A stretch of 64,000 nucleotides of DNA. It comes from Acholeplasmataceae bacterium. Its GTDB lineage: Bacteria > Bacillota_I > Bacilli_A > Acholeplasmatales > Acholeplasmataceae. Both the position numbers and the translations under genes were made by a program. The notes below the pieces were generated by a model that was not told the origin of the DNA, made no database searches, and saw only the letters and a list, made by a program, of their open reading frames with translations. The stretch is from contig WOZH01000041.1 in NCBI GenBank assembly GCA_011620375.1, positions 3,506-67,505 on the forward strand. Direction: 5' to 3'. Positions 9,758 through 19,468 of the stretch are shown here, one piece after another (position 1 is the stretch's first letter; each line of letters begins with the position of its first letter).

Positions 9758-9907
9758 GAGAGTTCCTCCGTAATAACATATGATAACTCTATTTTACAAG
9801 AAAGCAAACAAAATGTAAACACGACATTCATTTTTTAACATTGGCATCACCATATAATTCGTGTATAATAATGGTAAGATTTTTTATCTGTCTGCTGGTG
9901 ATATGTC

Positions 9908-11545
9908 ATGAAAAAAAATAGCGCTCTACGAAAATCATATATCGTTGTCATCACTATCGTTATACTTATCGGTCTATTGGCGCTTATTTTTCGAACTGCT
10001 GTAGGCGTGAAATTAGATGTACCAGCACCAGTGTTAAGCGAAGGATGGTTTTATGAAGGTGTTGAGTTAATCGAATACCCCGCAAAAGTGTCTATCGATA
10101 CGGATGATTCTTTCACGATTTATAAAACGATTGAGGCAACGGACAAAAGATTTGATCTATTGCTGTATACCGATCATCAAGATGTGATTGTGAGATTGGA
10201 TGACACAGTCGTGTATATGTCAACACAAGCAGCATCCAGCGCATCGTTTTATGCCAATCTCCATCATATGGTAACCATAGAAAATAACACAAATTTGAGT
10301 CGGGTTTTATCGATTACTTATCATTCGCCCTATCAGCGAACATCTGGATTAATCGCCCCAATCTATGAAACAGATGAATCAACAGGAGTGCTCTATACTT
10401 ATATTATTTCACAACATATTTGGTATGTTGTGTTTGGCATGCTCTTTATCCTTATTGGCATAGTTACTTTGGCAATCAGCCATGTCGTCGATCAAGCAAC
10501 ATCACGAGGTAGATTTTATTTGGGATTGTTTGCCATCACATTTGGCTTATGGGTGATTGCTAGATCGACGCTATTGCAGTTTGTCACAAACAACGTCTAT
10601 ATCTTGGGCGGGTTAAGTTTAACATTGTTTATGATTTTACCCATACCAATCCTGATGTATTATAAGAGCCATATTACAAAAAGATTTGAACAAGAAACAT
10701 TAGGATTAATTGCTTATTTTGGCTTACAAGCCATTGTTATCACAATGTTGCAAATTGCAGGTGTGCTAGATTTTGTAAAACCCGTGTTGTTCGTGTCAAT
10801 CATGACACTTATCATTATGAGTTTTTTGTTGGCTTTTATTGTTCAAGATGTGCTTAATCATAATGAAATCGCTAAAAAGTTTAGTCGTTATTATGGTATT
10901 TTATTTCTTTATGCGTTCATCACTTTCATCGATGATCAAACATTTAATCATGACAATTTATCCATTTATAGCCTTGCAGTATTGGTATTACTCTCACTCG
11001 TCGTTCTTTTGGACTATATCTTTTTCATAGAGAAAAGATTAAAGCTCAGTTACTTATCCGAGGATTATGCAAGACTAGCATATATGGACCGATTGACAGG
11101 CTCAAAAAACAGGCATGCCTACGAAGAAGATTTCGAACGTTATTTTAGTGATAATCGTCTCAAGAATAATATGAGGTTAGTATTTTTTGATTTCGATGGT
11201 TTAAAACAAATCAACGATCAATATGGGCATGTCGAAGGTGATTTTGTATTAAAAGAAGGTTTTACATCTATTCTTAACGCGTTTGGAAGATATGGTGAAT
11301 GTTATCGCATCGGTGGTGATGAATTTTCATGTATCATTCAATCTCTCGATGATGATCTTTATCAAAACTGCAAAAAACAACTAATTAATGACATAAAGAC
11401 ATTTAGTACATACCATAAATTTGATTTACATATATCTGTGGGAACTGCAACGTATCAAGAAGGTATTGATGAAAAACCAAATGATATGATTATACGAGCC
11501 GATAAGAATATGTATGAAAATAAAAACGGACATAAAAATGTCTAG
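9908..11545 (+). CDS. Membrane-bound diguanylate cyclase (extracellular sensor, multi-TM region, GGDEF)
   Basis: DRLTG..NR, DFDGLKQINDQYGHVEGD, RIGGDEF; about 7 TM helices after an extracellular domain. Confidence 0.88.
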   Translation: MKKNSALRKSYIVVITIVILIGLLALIFRTAVGVKLDVPAPVLSEGWFYEGVELIEYPAKVSIDTDDSFTIYKTIEATDKRFDLLLYTDHQDVIVRLDDTVVYMSTQAASSASFYANLHHMVTIENNTNLSRVLSITYHSPYQRTSGLIAPIYETDESTGVLYTYIISQHIWYVVFGMLFILIGIVTLAISHVVDQATSRGRFYLGLFAITFGLWVIARSTLLQFVTNNVYILGGLSLTLFMILPIPILMYYKSHITKRFEQETLGLIAYFGLQAIVITMLQIAGVLDFVKPVLFVSIMTLIIMSFLLAFIVQDVLNHNEIAKKFSRYYGILFLYAFITFIDDQTFNHDNLSIYSLAVLVLLSLVVLLDYIFFIEKRLKLSYLSEDYARLAYMDRLTGSKNRHAYEEDFERYFSDNRLKNNMRLVFFDFDGLKQINDQYGHVEGDFVLKEGFTSILNAFGRYGECYRIGGDEFSCIIQSLDDDLYQNCKKQLINDIKTFSTYHKFDLHISVGTATYQEGIDEKPNDMIIRADKNMYENKNGHKNV

Positions 11546-11559
11546 AGGAGTCAAAGACC

Positions 11560-11964
11560 ATGGCTGAACAGATTCAAATTAGATTAATTGGATATACGGT
11601 TGATAAAATGTCTTTCGTATTGAATAAGTCGTTTAAAATACAACCTAATCACAAAATACAAGTGAAACCAAGTTTTAATCGTGAAATGACCAAACGCGAC
11701 CCCAATCATTTCATGCTATCATTATCGATATCATTTGATGATTATAATGAAGATATTCCCTTTTACTTAGATATTCAAATATCGGGCATCTTCAACGTTG
11801 ACAATTGGGAGTATGAACCAGCACTTACTGTTTCTAAAATGAATGGGACAGCTATCTTATTTCCATATTTGCGATCATTGGTGACGACGTTAACAGCAAA
11901 CGCTAATGTACCGCCATATATATTACCGATTACAAATCCTGCAAAACTCTTTAAAGATAAATAA
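11560..11964 (+). CDS. SecB-like chaperone
   Basis: NGTAILFPYLRSLVTTLTANANVPPYILPITN matches the SecB-family C-terminal signature; 134 aa. Confidence 0.75.
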   Translation: MAEQIQIRLIGYTVDKMSFVLNKSFKIQPNHKIQVKPSFNREMTKRDPNHFMLSLSISFDDYNEDIPFYLDIQISGIFNVDNWEYEPALTVSKMNGTAILFPYLRSLVTTLTANANVPPYILPITNPAKLFKDK

Positions 11965-11990
11965 AAAAGCGCTTGCTGCTAGCGCTCTTT
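11963..11990 (+). terminator. Intrinsic terminator after the GGDEF-secB-like pair
   Basis: AGCGCT-N7-AGCGCT stem followed by CTTT. Confidence 0.5.
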
Positions 11991-12133
11991 ATGAGGAGAG
12001 AAAAAAATTTTTATATACCCTCTCGGGTGTATCCATAACAATTATATGATTTTAAAAAGAAAAGTCAACCAGAAAAAAACAAACAGAGCAATAACCATAC
12101 TTTCCCACAATTCACACACATTTTGGAGCGAAA

Positions 12134-12580
12134 ATGACAAAAGAAACACATAAAGAAACATTATCACAGATGATTAAATTTACACTGTTCTCTATTTCGG
12201 CAGGCATTATTCAGTTTTTAACATTTTTTGTCATGTACGACTTACTGAAATTAGATTATTGGCCATCATACCTCACGGCGTTAACTTTATCCGTTTTTTG
12301 GAATTTCACATTTAACCGTCGATTTACGTTTAAATCAGCAGCAAACGTTCCGATTGCAATGATGAAGGTTGCTGCCTATTATGCAGTTTTCACACCGCTA
12401 TCAACGTGGTGGGGTGATGCATTGGAAGGTGCTGGTTGGAATGGCTTTATCGTTTTAGGAGGAACGATGCTCATAAACTTCCTGACCGAATTTCTATTTA
12501 CAAGATTCGTGGTTTATCACAATCAAATTAATACAGCAGTAAAAAAAGCTGAGATACTTGACAGTAACGCCTTAGACTAA
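12134..12580 (+). CDS. GtrA-family membrane protein
   Basis: QMIKFTLFS, 4 TMs, WNFTFNRRFTFKS, RFVVY. Confidence 0.85.
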   Translation: MTKETHKETLSQMIKFTLFSISAGIIQFLTFFVMYDLLKLDYWPSYLTALTLSVFWNFTFNRRFTFKSAANVPIAMMKVAAYYAVFTPLSTWWGDALEGAGWNGFIVLGGTMLINFLTEFLFTRFVVYHNQINTAVKKAEILDSNALD

Positions 12581-12605
12581 TACAATATCATGTGGAGGCG
12601 ATATC

Positions 12606-14480
12606 ATGTCAAAAACAAAAAAATTTAAAACGCAGTCACAAAAACTATTACATTTAATGACGCATTCCATCTATACGCAAAAGGAAATTTTTTTAAGAGA
12701 ATTAATTTCAAATGCCTCAGATGCCATCGATAAGCGTCATTTTTTGTCGCTCACAGATACGAGCATTCCCGCAACGGATTATGAAATTTGGTTAGAGCCA
12801 AACAATGAAAAAAGAACACTGACTATCCGTGATAATGGCATTGGTTTCACAGAAGATGAACTGGTTGATAATTTAGGAACCATTGCACAAAGCGGTTCAA
12901 AAGCCTTCCAGGAAAAGTTGGAAAAAGAAGATATCAACATTATTGGGCAATTCGGTGTTGGCTTTTATTCAGCGTTCATGGTCGCGCATAAGGTCGAAGT
13001 AAGAACGAAATCACCCTATTCAGATACAGGGTATCTATGGTCTTCGATTGGTGAATCATCCTATCAAATTGATCCAATAGAAAAAAAAGAAATTGGAACT
13101 GAAATCACGCTTTACCTCAATGAAGATGACACGGATAACGAAGAGGATTATTCAACGTTTTTGGATGACTATACGTTAAGAAGGCTTGTTAAAAAATATA
13201 GCGACTATGTCCGTTATCCAATTAAAATGAAAGTCGTTGTCAAAGAGGATAAAAAAGAGAAGACGGAAATTCAGACGCTCAATCAAATGACCCCGATTTG
13301 GAAACGGTCAAAATCTGAATTAAAAGATGAAGACCTCAATGAATTTTATAAACACCAGTTTAATGATTATGAGGATCCGTTATTGACGATTCATACCAAG
13401 GTAGAAGGATCATTGACATACACTGCATTATTGTTCATACCTAAAAAAGTCCCTTATGATTTTTACAGTGAAAAATATGAAAAAGGGTTGCAGTTGTATT
13501 CAAAGAGTGTCTTCATTCAAGATAAAAACAAAGATTTATTACCGGACTACTTTAAGTTTGTAAAAGGTCTTGTTGATTCAGCAGACATCAGTTTAAATAT
13601 ATCCCGTGAGATGTTACAACAAAATCAACAAGTTAAACGAATCGCGTCCAATATCGAAAAGAAAATCAAAAGCGAACTTGAAAAACTATTGGAAAATGAT
13701 CGTGCGAAATATGTCGAATTTTATGATGCGTATCGGCTAACATTAAAATATGGTGTATATGATATGTACGGCATGAACAAAGAAAAACTTCAAGACCTCA
13801 TCATGTTCAAAACGAGTTCATCGGATGATTATATCACGTTAAAGGAATATGTTGAACGCAAACCAGAAGCACAAAAAGCAATCTACTATGCAACAGGTAA
13901 AAACAAGGCTGCCATCATGAATTTGCCACAAATGGATCTTGTGAAGGAAAAGGGATACGAAGTCTTATTCCTTACTGATGAAATCGATGAATTCATGATT
14001 CAAATCTTGAATACATATGAAGACACACCATTTAAGTCACTACAACAAGGTGAAGCTGACTTTATCGATGAAGAAAAGAAAGAAAGTCTTAAAGCACAAG
14101 AAAAAGAAAATAAAGATGTTTTAAAAGCGATGAAGAATGCGTTGAAGGATAAAGTCAAGGACGTTAAATTATCTGCGAGATTATCAGATTCACCGGTATG
14201 TTTGGTTTCCGGTGAAGGATTATCATTGGAAATGGAAAAAGTACTGAAGCAAATGCCAAATGCGCAAGACGTCAAAGCCGAACGAATCTTGGAAATCAAT
14301 CCAAATCATCCACTGTTCAAAGCGATTAATGATCGTTTTGAAAAGGATCCGTCAACGATTGATCGTTACGCATCCATTCTATATCATCAGGCTTTACTTG
14401 CTGAAGGCTTGCCAATTGAGGATTCAACAGAGTTCTCTAAATATTTGGTTGACTTGATGGTTGATTCAAATAAAAACTAA
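12606..14480 (+). CDS. htpG: Hsp90 chaperone
   Basis: EIFLRELISNASDA, DNGIG, NLGTIAQSG, IGQFGVGFYSAF, LNISREMLQ, LEINPNHP. Confidence 0.97.
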   Translation: MSKTKKFKTQSQKLLHLMTHSIYTQKEIFLRELISNASDAIDKRHFLSLTDTSIPATDYEIWLEPNNEKRTLTIRDNGIGFTEDELVDNLGTIAQSGSKAFQEKLEKEDINIIGQFGVGFYSAFMVAHKVEVRTKSPYSDTGYLWSSIGESSYQIDPIEKKEIGTEITLYLNEDDTDNEEDYSTFLDDYTLRRLVKKYSDYVRYPIKMKVVVKEDKKEKTEIQTLNQMTPIWKRSKSELKDEDLNEFYKHQFNDYEDPLLTIHTKVEGSLTYTALLFIPKKVPYDFYSEKYEKGLQLYSKSVFIQDKNKDLLPDYFKFVKGLVDSADISLNISREMLQQNQQVKRIASNIEKKIKSELEKLLENDRAKYVEFYDAYRLTLKYGVYDMYGMNKEKLQDLIMFKTSSSDDYITLKEYVERKPEAQKAIYYATGKNKAAIMNLPQMDLVKEKGYEVLFLTDEIDEFMIQILNTYEDTPFKSLQQGEADFIDEEKKESLKAQEKENKDVLKAMKNALKDKVKDVKLSARLSDSPVCLVSGEGLSLEMEKVLKQMPNAQDVKAERILEINPNHPLFKAINDRFEKDPSTIDRYASILYHQALLAEGLPIEDSTEFSKYLVDLMVDSNKN

Positions 14481-14481
14481 C

Positions 14482-14503
14482 AAAAGGAGCCGAAGCTCCT
14501 TTT
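14482..14503. terminator. Bidirectional terminator between htpG and rhomboid
   Basis: AAAAGGAGC-CGAA-GCTCCTTTT. Confidence 0.85.
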
Positions 14504-15242
14504 AATTTGAATAATAACTATCATATATATCATCATCTGTGACACTGTCAGCATCTATTACGGTTCTACCGTGATGTGATGATGGTCTTTGTTGATATGG
14601 CGCTCCTCTGTTTGATTGATAAGGTTGCTTAGGCATCATTATGTAAAGTGTAATCAAACCAATAATAAACCCACCAGCATGACCCCAAACTGAAATCGAT
14701 CCATTACTGATCATGGATGTGAGGGTGAAGAAAACATTAATCGCGACCATAAATCTGATAGAACGTATCGTCCTTGGATGGAACCATGTAGATCGGATGA
14801 ATGTTAGTAAGAATAAACCCGCCATAATGCCATATAACGCACCGCTCGCACCAACGACAGGAACAGTGGGACTGCTTAACAACCACACAGCAATGCCTGA
14901 ACCGATGCCACTGACGAAATAAAGAATGGCATATTTGAGACTGCCGATGATTCTTTCCATTGATCCGCCAATATAATAAAGAAAGAAACTGTTCATAAAG
15001 AAGTGAAGGAATCCGGCGTGTAAAAACATGGCGGTGAAAATCCGCCAAAATTCACCTTGACTGACAAATAGCGGGACGAGCGCACCATTGTTAATGAGTG
15101 TCAAAACGAGCGTGTTAGCATCGTATCCACCATTAAAAGCGACCACGATGAACATTATGAAATTTGCAGCCAGCAACGAAAATGTTACCGGATGACGCTT
15201 CATATAATTGAATAATACATCCTTAAAGGTAATTGTTTGCAT
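14502..15242 (-). CDS. Rhomboid intramembrane serine protease
   Basis: WRIFTAMFLHAGFLH, GASGALYG (catalytic Ser), WGHAGGF (catalytic His). Start placed at ATG 15242 behind GAGAGG. Confidence 0.92.
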   Translation of the reverse strand: MQTITFKDVLFNYMKRHPVTFSLLAANFIMFIVVAFNGGYDANTLVLTLINNGALVPLFVSQGEFWRIFTAMFLHAGFLHFFMNSFFLYYIGGSMERIIGSLKYAILYFVSGIGSGIAVWLLSSPTVPVVGASGALYGIMAGLFLLTFIRSTWFHPRTIRSIRFMVAINVFFTLTSMISNGSISVWGHAGGFIIGLITLYIMMPKQPYQSNRGAPYQQRPSSHHGRTVIDADSVTDDDIYDSYYSN

Positions 15243-15338
15243 AATGAAACCTCTCATCATATAGTTTACATGAGATTGATAAAAAATACCAAGTAAATGT
15301 AAGATTATGGAAAAATTTAGAAAAGTTGGTTGTTTCAT

Positions 15339-15367
15339 TTGACTTCGAAAGAGTCGTTTGGTACAAT
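15339..15367 (+). promoter_or_regulatory. Sigma70 promoter of the RND-tetR operon
   Basis: TTGACT-N17-TACAAT with extended -10 TG. Confidence 0.75.
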
Positions 15368-15376
15368 GGAAGAAAA

Positions 15377-15394
15377 CGACCGACCGGTCGGTCG
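15377..15394. promoter_or_regulatory. TetR-type operator
   Basis: Perfect GC-rich 18-bp palindrome CGACCGACCGGTCGGTCG just downstream of the -10 box in AT-rich DNA. Confidence 0.75.
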
Positions 15395-15417
15395 GCCTAA
15401 ACATCAAAGGAGCACAT

Positions 15418-18400
15418 ATGAGTAAATACAGTGTTAGAAAACCAATTACCGTTTTAATGGGTATATTAATTGTGGTTACATTAGGTATTTTTGCAGTCAC
15501 CAAATTACCATTGAATTTGTTTCCAGATATTAATCTTCCTTATTTGGTAACGATTACGACGTTTGAAGGAGAAAATCCTGAAACGTTAGAAGCGAGCGTG
15601 TCAGCTCCGATTGAATCTGCAGCAGCAACGGTTAATAGCTATACTGAAATCAGTTCAATGAGTTACGAACATTTTGCTGTATCGATCATTACGTTCGAAG
15701 ATGGCGCAAACATGGATTCCGCCTTTATTGAACTGAGAGAATCAATTAATAATATAGAGTTTCCGGATGGTGTTGGAAATACACGCATTCTAAGAATAAG
15801 CCCTGATATGCTTCCCGTCATGCAAGTGTCTTTATCTCAAGCATATGGTGATGATGTCACAGATGAAGAAGCACTTATTTTAAACACGGCATGGATTAAT
15901 GAATATATCATATCAGAATTAACATCGATCAGTGGGGTTGCTGATGTATCTATTAGCGGCGCAGCAGATACGGTTTTACAAATTAATCTAAATCTGACAA
16001 CACTCGATAGTTATGGGTTAACCTCTAATGATGTGTTAACCATCATCGAAGAACAAAATGTTTCTGGATTGGTTGGTGTTGCGCTTGATAATGGTGAGAT
16101 TAGAATGCTCTATTTGGGAAATAATCCATCTTCATTGACAGAAGTAGAGAATTTACCCATCTTAGAAAACGCAGGAATAATTATCAGATTAAGTGATCTT
16201 GTCACAGTAGATGGTATCAAGTATATGAATGCCAACACAGAAACGTATTCAAAAATTAATGGCAAGCAGGGCATCAATATTTCATTTCAAGCACAAACTG
16301 ATTATAGTATCACAGAAGTGACAGACAATATTTTATCTAGATTGGATGAGATTCTAGATCAGTACCCAGATGCTAGTTATGATGTGTTATTAAATCAAGG
16401 CGAGTATATTAGAGTTTCAATCAATACCGTTTTGCAAAATCTCATATTTGGTGCAATTTTAGCGGTACTCGTTTTATTCTTATTTCTAAGAGATGTTAAA
16501 CCGACATTAATTGTTGGATTGGCAATTCCTATCTCCGTTATTGCTGCATTCATGCTGATGTATTTCACAGGTGTCACCTTGAATATGGTTTCAATGGGAG
16601 GACTTGCGTTAGGCATTGGGATGCTGGTGGATAATGCGATTGTTGTGATTGAAAACATTTATCGAATGATCGGTGAAGGTAAATCGAAGCATGACGCCGC
16701 TATTTATGGTGCAAAACAAGTCGCTGGCGCCATCACTGCATCTACTTTAACAACAGTCGTCGTCTTCTTACCTATCTTATTCTTAGAAGGTATCATTAAC
16801 GAAGTCTTTGTTAATATGATGTTGACGATTGCTTACTCATTAGGTGCCTCTTTGATCATTGGTTTAACGATGGTACCGATGTTATCTGCTAGAATGCTAG
16901 ATGATAAGAAGCCAATGAAAGAAAGTAAATTTTTGCATAATGTCAAAAATGCTTATGAAAAAGCTGTAAACTTTACCATTCATCATCAAGCAATTACTTA
17001 TATTACAGTGCTTGTATTACTTGTAGGTAGTTTCTTCTTAGTGTACGCAAAAGGATTTATTATGTTACCAACTTCTGATGAAGGCTATATTGATATTACG
17101 GTTATAACAGATAGTACAGCCACATTTGCTGGTCAAGCAGAATATGCGGATTATATAACAGAACAAATCTTAGCTATTGAAGCGGTTGAAACAGTTTCTG
17201 CAACCATTGGCTCCGGAGGCGGTGGTGGTTTAGCTTTGATGCAAACCATGGTATCGGGTGGTAGCAGTGGCATCAACATGACGGTAAGTTTGCTGGATAA
17301 TCGCGCACACGATACGGCATACTATAGAAATGAAATTATCGATATATTTAACACCGTAGATTTTAGCGAATTTACAGCGTTTACAGCTTCCAATATTTTA
17401 GAAGTTAATGTCGCATCACAGGACACAACGGCTATGATTTCTGGTGCTTCCGGTATTAACATAAAAATATCCGGTTATGATTTATTGACACTTGAAGCGA
17501 TAGCTAATGATATCGCAGCTGTTTTAGCGGATGTTGAACATGTCGAGGATGTTGACAATGGGGTTGATCAAGGCGCTGACAATATTAAATTGACAGTAGA
17601 TGTCGATCAAGCGATGTTAGTAGGATTGACAGTGAGCGACATCGATGAAAATATCAATTATTTCTTCTCACTAATAGCAGGTTTAGCAGGAAGTTCAGAA
17701 ACAGTCACACTACAAATTGAAGGGGTTGACTATAATATAGAATTACCACAAAGCGAACTTAATAGCATTGATTATAGTCTCTTTGGTGATTATGAACAAT
17801 TTTTAGATGGCATCATGTTATTTGATGATGCTACTAGAATCATGATTGATGATTATATTAATCAAGGTGGATTATTATATGTCCCCAATGTATCATTGCC
17901 TACTTATACACCTGGAGAACCAGTGATGTTCATTGTTAATCCATATTTATATGTAGAAAATGGCGCAATCACCATGATGCCAACAGATCCAATGAATTCA
18001 CCATCATTAGTATCACTTGCGGTCGCACCATTATATGATGGCACAGCAACTAGTGTAACAACCGTTGAACGTGTTACGGGGTTTGCTACTATCTACACAG
18101 ATGGATCTAGTCGTTATTTAACCGTAACCGGTCAAATCGAAGACGGGTATAATGTCACATTGATTTCAAGTGATGCCACAGATGCCGTTAACGCTTATTT
18201 AGAAAGCGATGATTTCGCTGCATACGGTGGTGGATATACGGTCTCATTCGTCGGTGAAAATGAAAATATTTTAGCAGCAGTTAATGATTTAGTTATTGCA
18301 GGTTTGATTGCAATCGCATTGGTGTACATGGTTATGGCGATTCAATTCCAGTCGCTGCTTTACCCGCTCATTATCTTAGGTACAGTACCGCTAGCATTTA

Positions 18401-18828
18401 CCGGGGGTATGTTTGCACTATTGATTACAAATATGAATCTATCGATGGTTTCAATCATGGGACTTATTGTTCTTGTGGGTGTAGTTGTTAATAACGGAAT
18501 CGTGTTGATTGATTATATCAATAAATTGCGAGAAGAAGGAAAAGGCGTCAAAGAAGCGATTATTGAAGCAGGTAAAACACGTATTAGACCAATTTTCATG
18601 ACCGCACTAACAACGATTCTTGCATTGTTCATCATGGCATTAGGAATTGGTCAAGGGGCTGAATTGTTACAGCCAATGGCTGTCACAGCGATTGGTGGTC
18701 TTGTATATGCTACGGTCTTAACATTACTTGTGGTACCAGCCATTTATGCGCTTGTTAATCGTAAAAAAATTAAACTGGAAGAAGCGGAAGCTAAAAAGGA
18801 AGTTGATGGACATGTCAACGAAGGATAG
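15418..18828 (+). CDS. RND (AcrB/SwrC-like) transporter
   Basis: SVRKPITV, NLFPDINLP, GMLVDNAIVVIENI, GVVVNNGIVLID, RIRPIFMT; 12-TM layout with two large external domains. Start at ATG 15418 (RBS AAGGAG). Confidence 0.92.
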   Translation: MSKYSVRKPITVLMGILIVVTLGIFAVTKLPLNLFPDINLPYLVTITTFEGENPETLEASVSAPIESAAATVNSYTEISSMSYEHFAVSIITFEDGANMDSAFIELRESINNIEFPDGVGNTRILRISPDMLPVMQVSLSQAYGDDVTDEEALILNTAWINEYIISELTSISGVADVSISGAADTVLQINLNLTTLDSYGLTSNDVLTIIEEQNVSGLVGVALDNGEIRMLYLGNNPSSLTEVENLPILENAGIIIRLSDLVTVDGIKYMNANTETYSKINGKQGINISFQAQTDYSITEVTDNILSRLDEILDQYPDASYDVLLNQGEYIRVSINTVLQNLIFGAILAVLVLFLFLRDVKPTLIVGLAIPISVIAAFMLMYFTGVTLNMVSMGGLALGIGMLVDNAIVVIENIYRMIGEGKSKHDAAIYGAKQVAGAITASTLTTVVVFLPILFLEGIINEVFVNMMLTIAYSLGASLIIGLTMVPMLSARMLDDKKPMKESKFLHNVKNAYEKAVNFTIHHQAITYITVLVLLVGSFFLVYAKGFIMLPTSDEGYIDITVITDSTATFAGQAEYADYITEQILAIEAVETVSATIGSGGGGGLALMQTMVSGGSSGINMTVSLLDNRAHDTAYYRNEIIDIFNTVDFSEFTAFTASNILEVNVASQDTTAMISGASGINIKISGYDLLTLEAIANDIAAVLADVEHVEDVDNGVDQGADNIKLTVDVDQAMLVGLTVSDIDENINYFFSLIAGLAGSSETVTLQIEGVDYNIELPQSELNSIDYSLFGDYEQFLDGIMLFDDATRIMIDDYINQGGLLYVPNVSLPTYTPGEPVMFIVNPYLYVENGAITMMPTDPMNSPSLVSLAVAPLYDGTATSVTTVERVTGFATIYTDGSSRYLTVTGQIEDGYNVTLISSDATDAVNAYLESDDFAAYGGGYTVSFVGENENILAAVNDLVIAGLIAIALVYMVMAIQFQSLLYPLIILGTVPLAFTGGMFALLITNMNLSMVSIMGLIVLVGVVVNNGIVLIDYINKLREEGKGVKEAIIEAGKTRIRPIFMTALTTILALFIMALGIGQGAELLQPMAVTAIGGLVYATVLTLLVVPAIYALVNRKKIKLEEAEAKKEVDGHVNEG

Positions 18829-19396
18829 GATTATTGAAGTTTTGGCTAATTTGATTAAGCAAGATGAAAATATAAACGAAATCCCTATATCAAAAATCGC
18901 CGAATTGGCTGACATTGGTAAGAGCACCGTATACGAACATTTTGATAGCAAAGACGATCTTATCAAAGAAACATACGTATATCTTTCTGATTATTATCAC
19001 AAGCGTATTGTAGCACCACTAAAGCATCATACTTTTGAAGCAGCTTATAAAGAAATCACATGTAGAATCATGCGCAATGCCCAAGAAGCAAATGAGTTAA
19101 TGATGAGTATCTTAGGTGAGGGGCACAATTATAAGTTAATGACCCAGGAAGACATGAAGAAGATGATGGATGACATACAAAAGGAAGTACAGGAAATTTA
19201 TTTTAACATCATTCGTATGGGTATATCTGAGGGCATTGTTCATCTGAATCCAAGCGAATCAAAAGAAAAAGGGCATATCATTCGTGCATTGACAATGGGT
19301 CTGATTATACAGCGCATGAATGAAAATATTGATTTGTCAGAAAAAGAAGCCTTATCATATTTATATAAATATTCGGTAATCATATTAAATACATAA
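18806..19396 (+). CDS. TetR/AcrR-family regulator
   Basis: TKDRII...ISKIAELADIGKSTVYEHFDSKDDL HTH; overlaps the RND stop codon. Confidence 0.9.
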   Translation: MDMSTKDRIIEVLANLIKQDENINEIPISKIAELADIGKSTVYEHFDSKDDLIKETYVYLSDYYHKRIVAPLKHHTFEAAYKEITCRIMRNAQEANELMMSILGEGHNYKLMTQEDMKKMMDDIQKEVQEIYFNIIRMGISEGIVHLNPSESKEKGHIIRALTMGLIIQRMNENIDLSEKEALSYLYKYSVIILNT

Positions 19397-19403
19397 AGCA
19401 AAC

Positions 19404-19430
19404 GGGTGAGTTAAAACAACTCACCTTTTT
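19404..19430 (+). terminator. Intrinsic terminator after tetR
   Basis: GGTGAGTT-N5-AACTCACC-TTTTT. Confidence 0.8.
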
Positions 19431-19468
19431 GTTATGCTATAATAATCATGACAAAAGGAGATGATAAA

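Noticed and set aside
9370-9838. Track ORFs 9402..9617, 9520..9831 and 9548..9838
   Set aside because: Shadow frames overlapping the real ferredoxin gene and its terminator.
14502-15503. 333-aa version of the rhomboid ORF and the 15358 start of the RND ORF
   Set aside because: The extensions cross the divergent promoter/operator region; RBS-supported starts are at 15242 and 15418.
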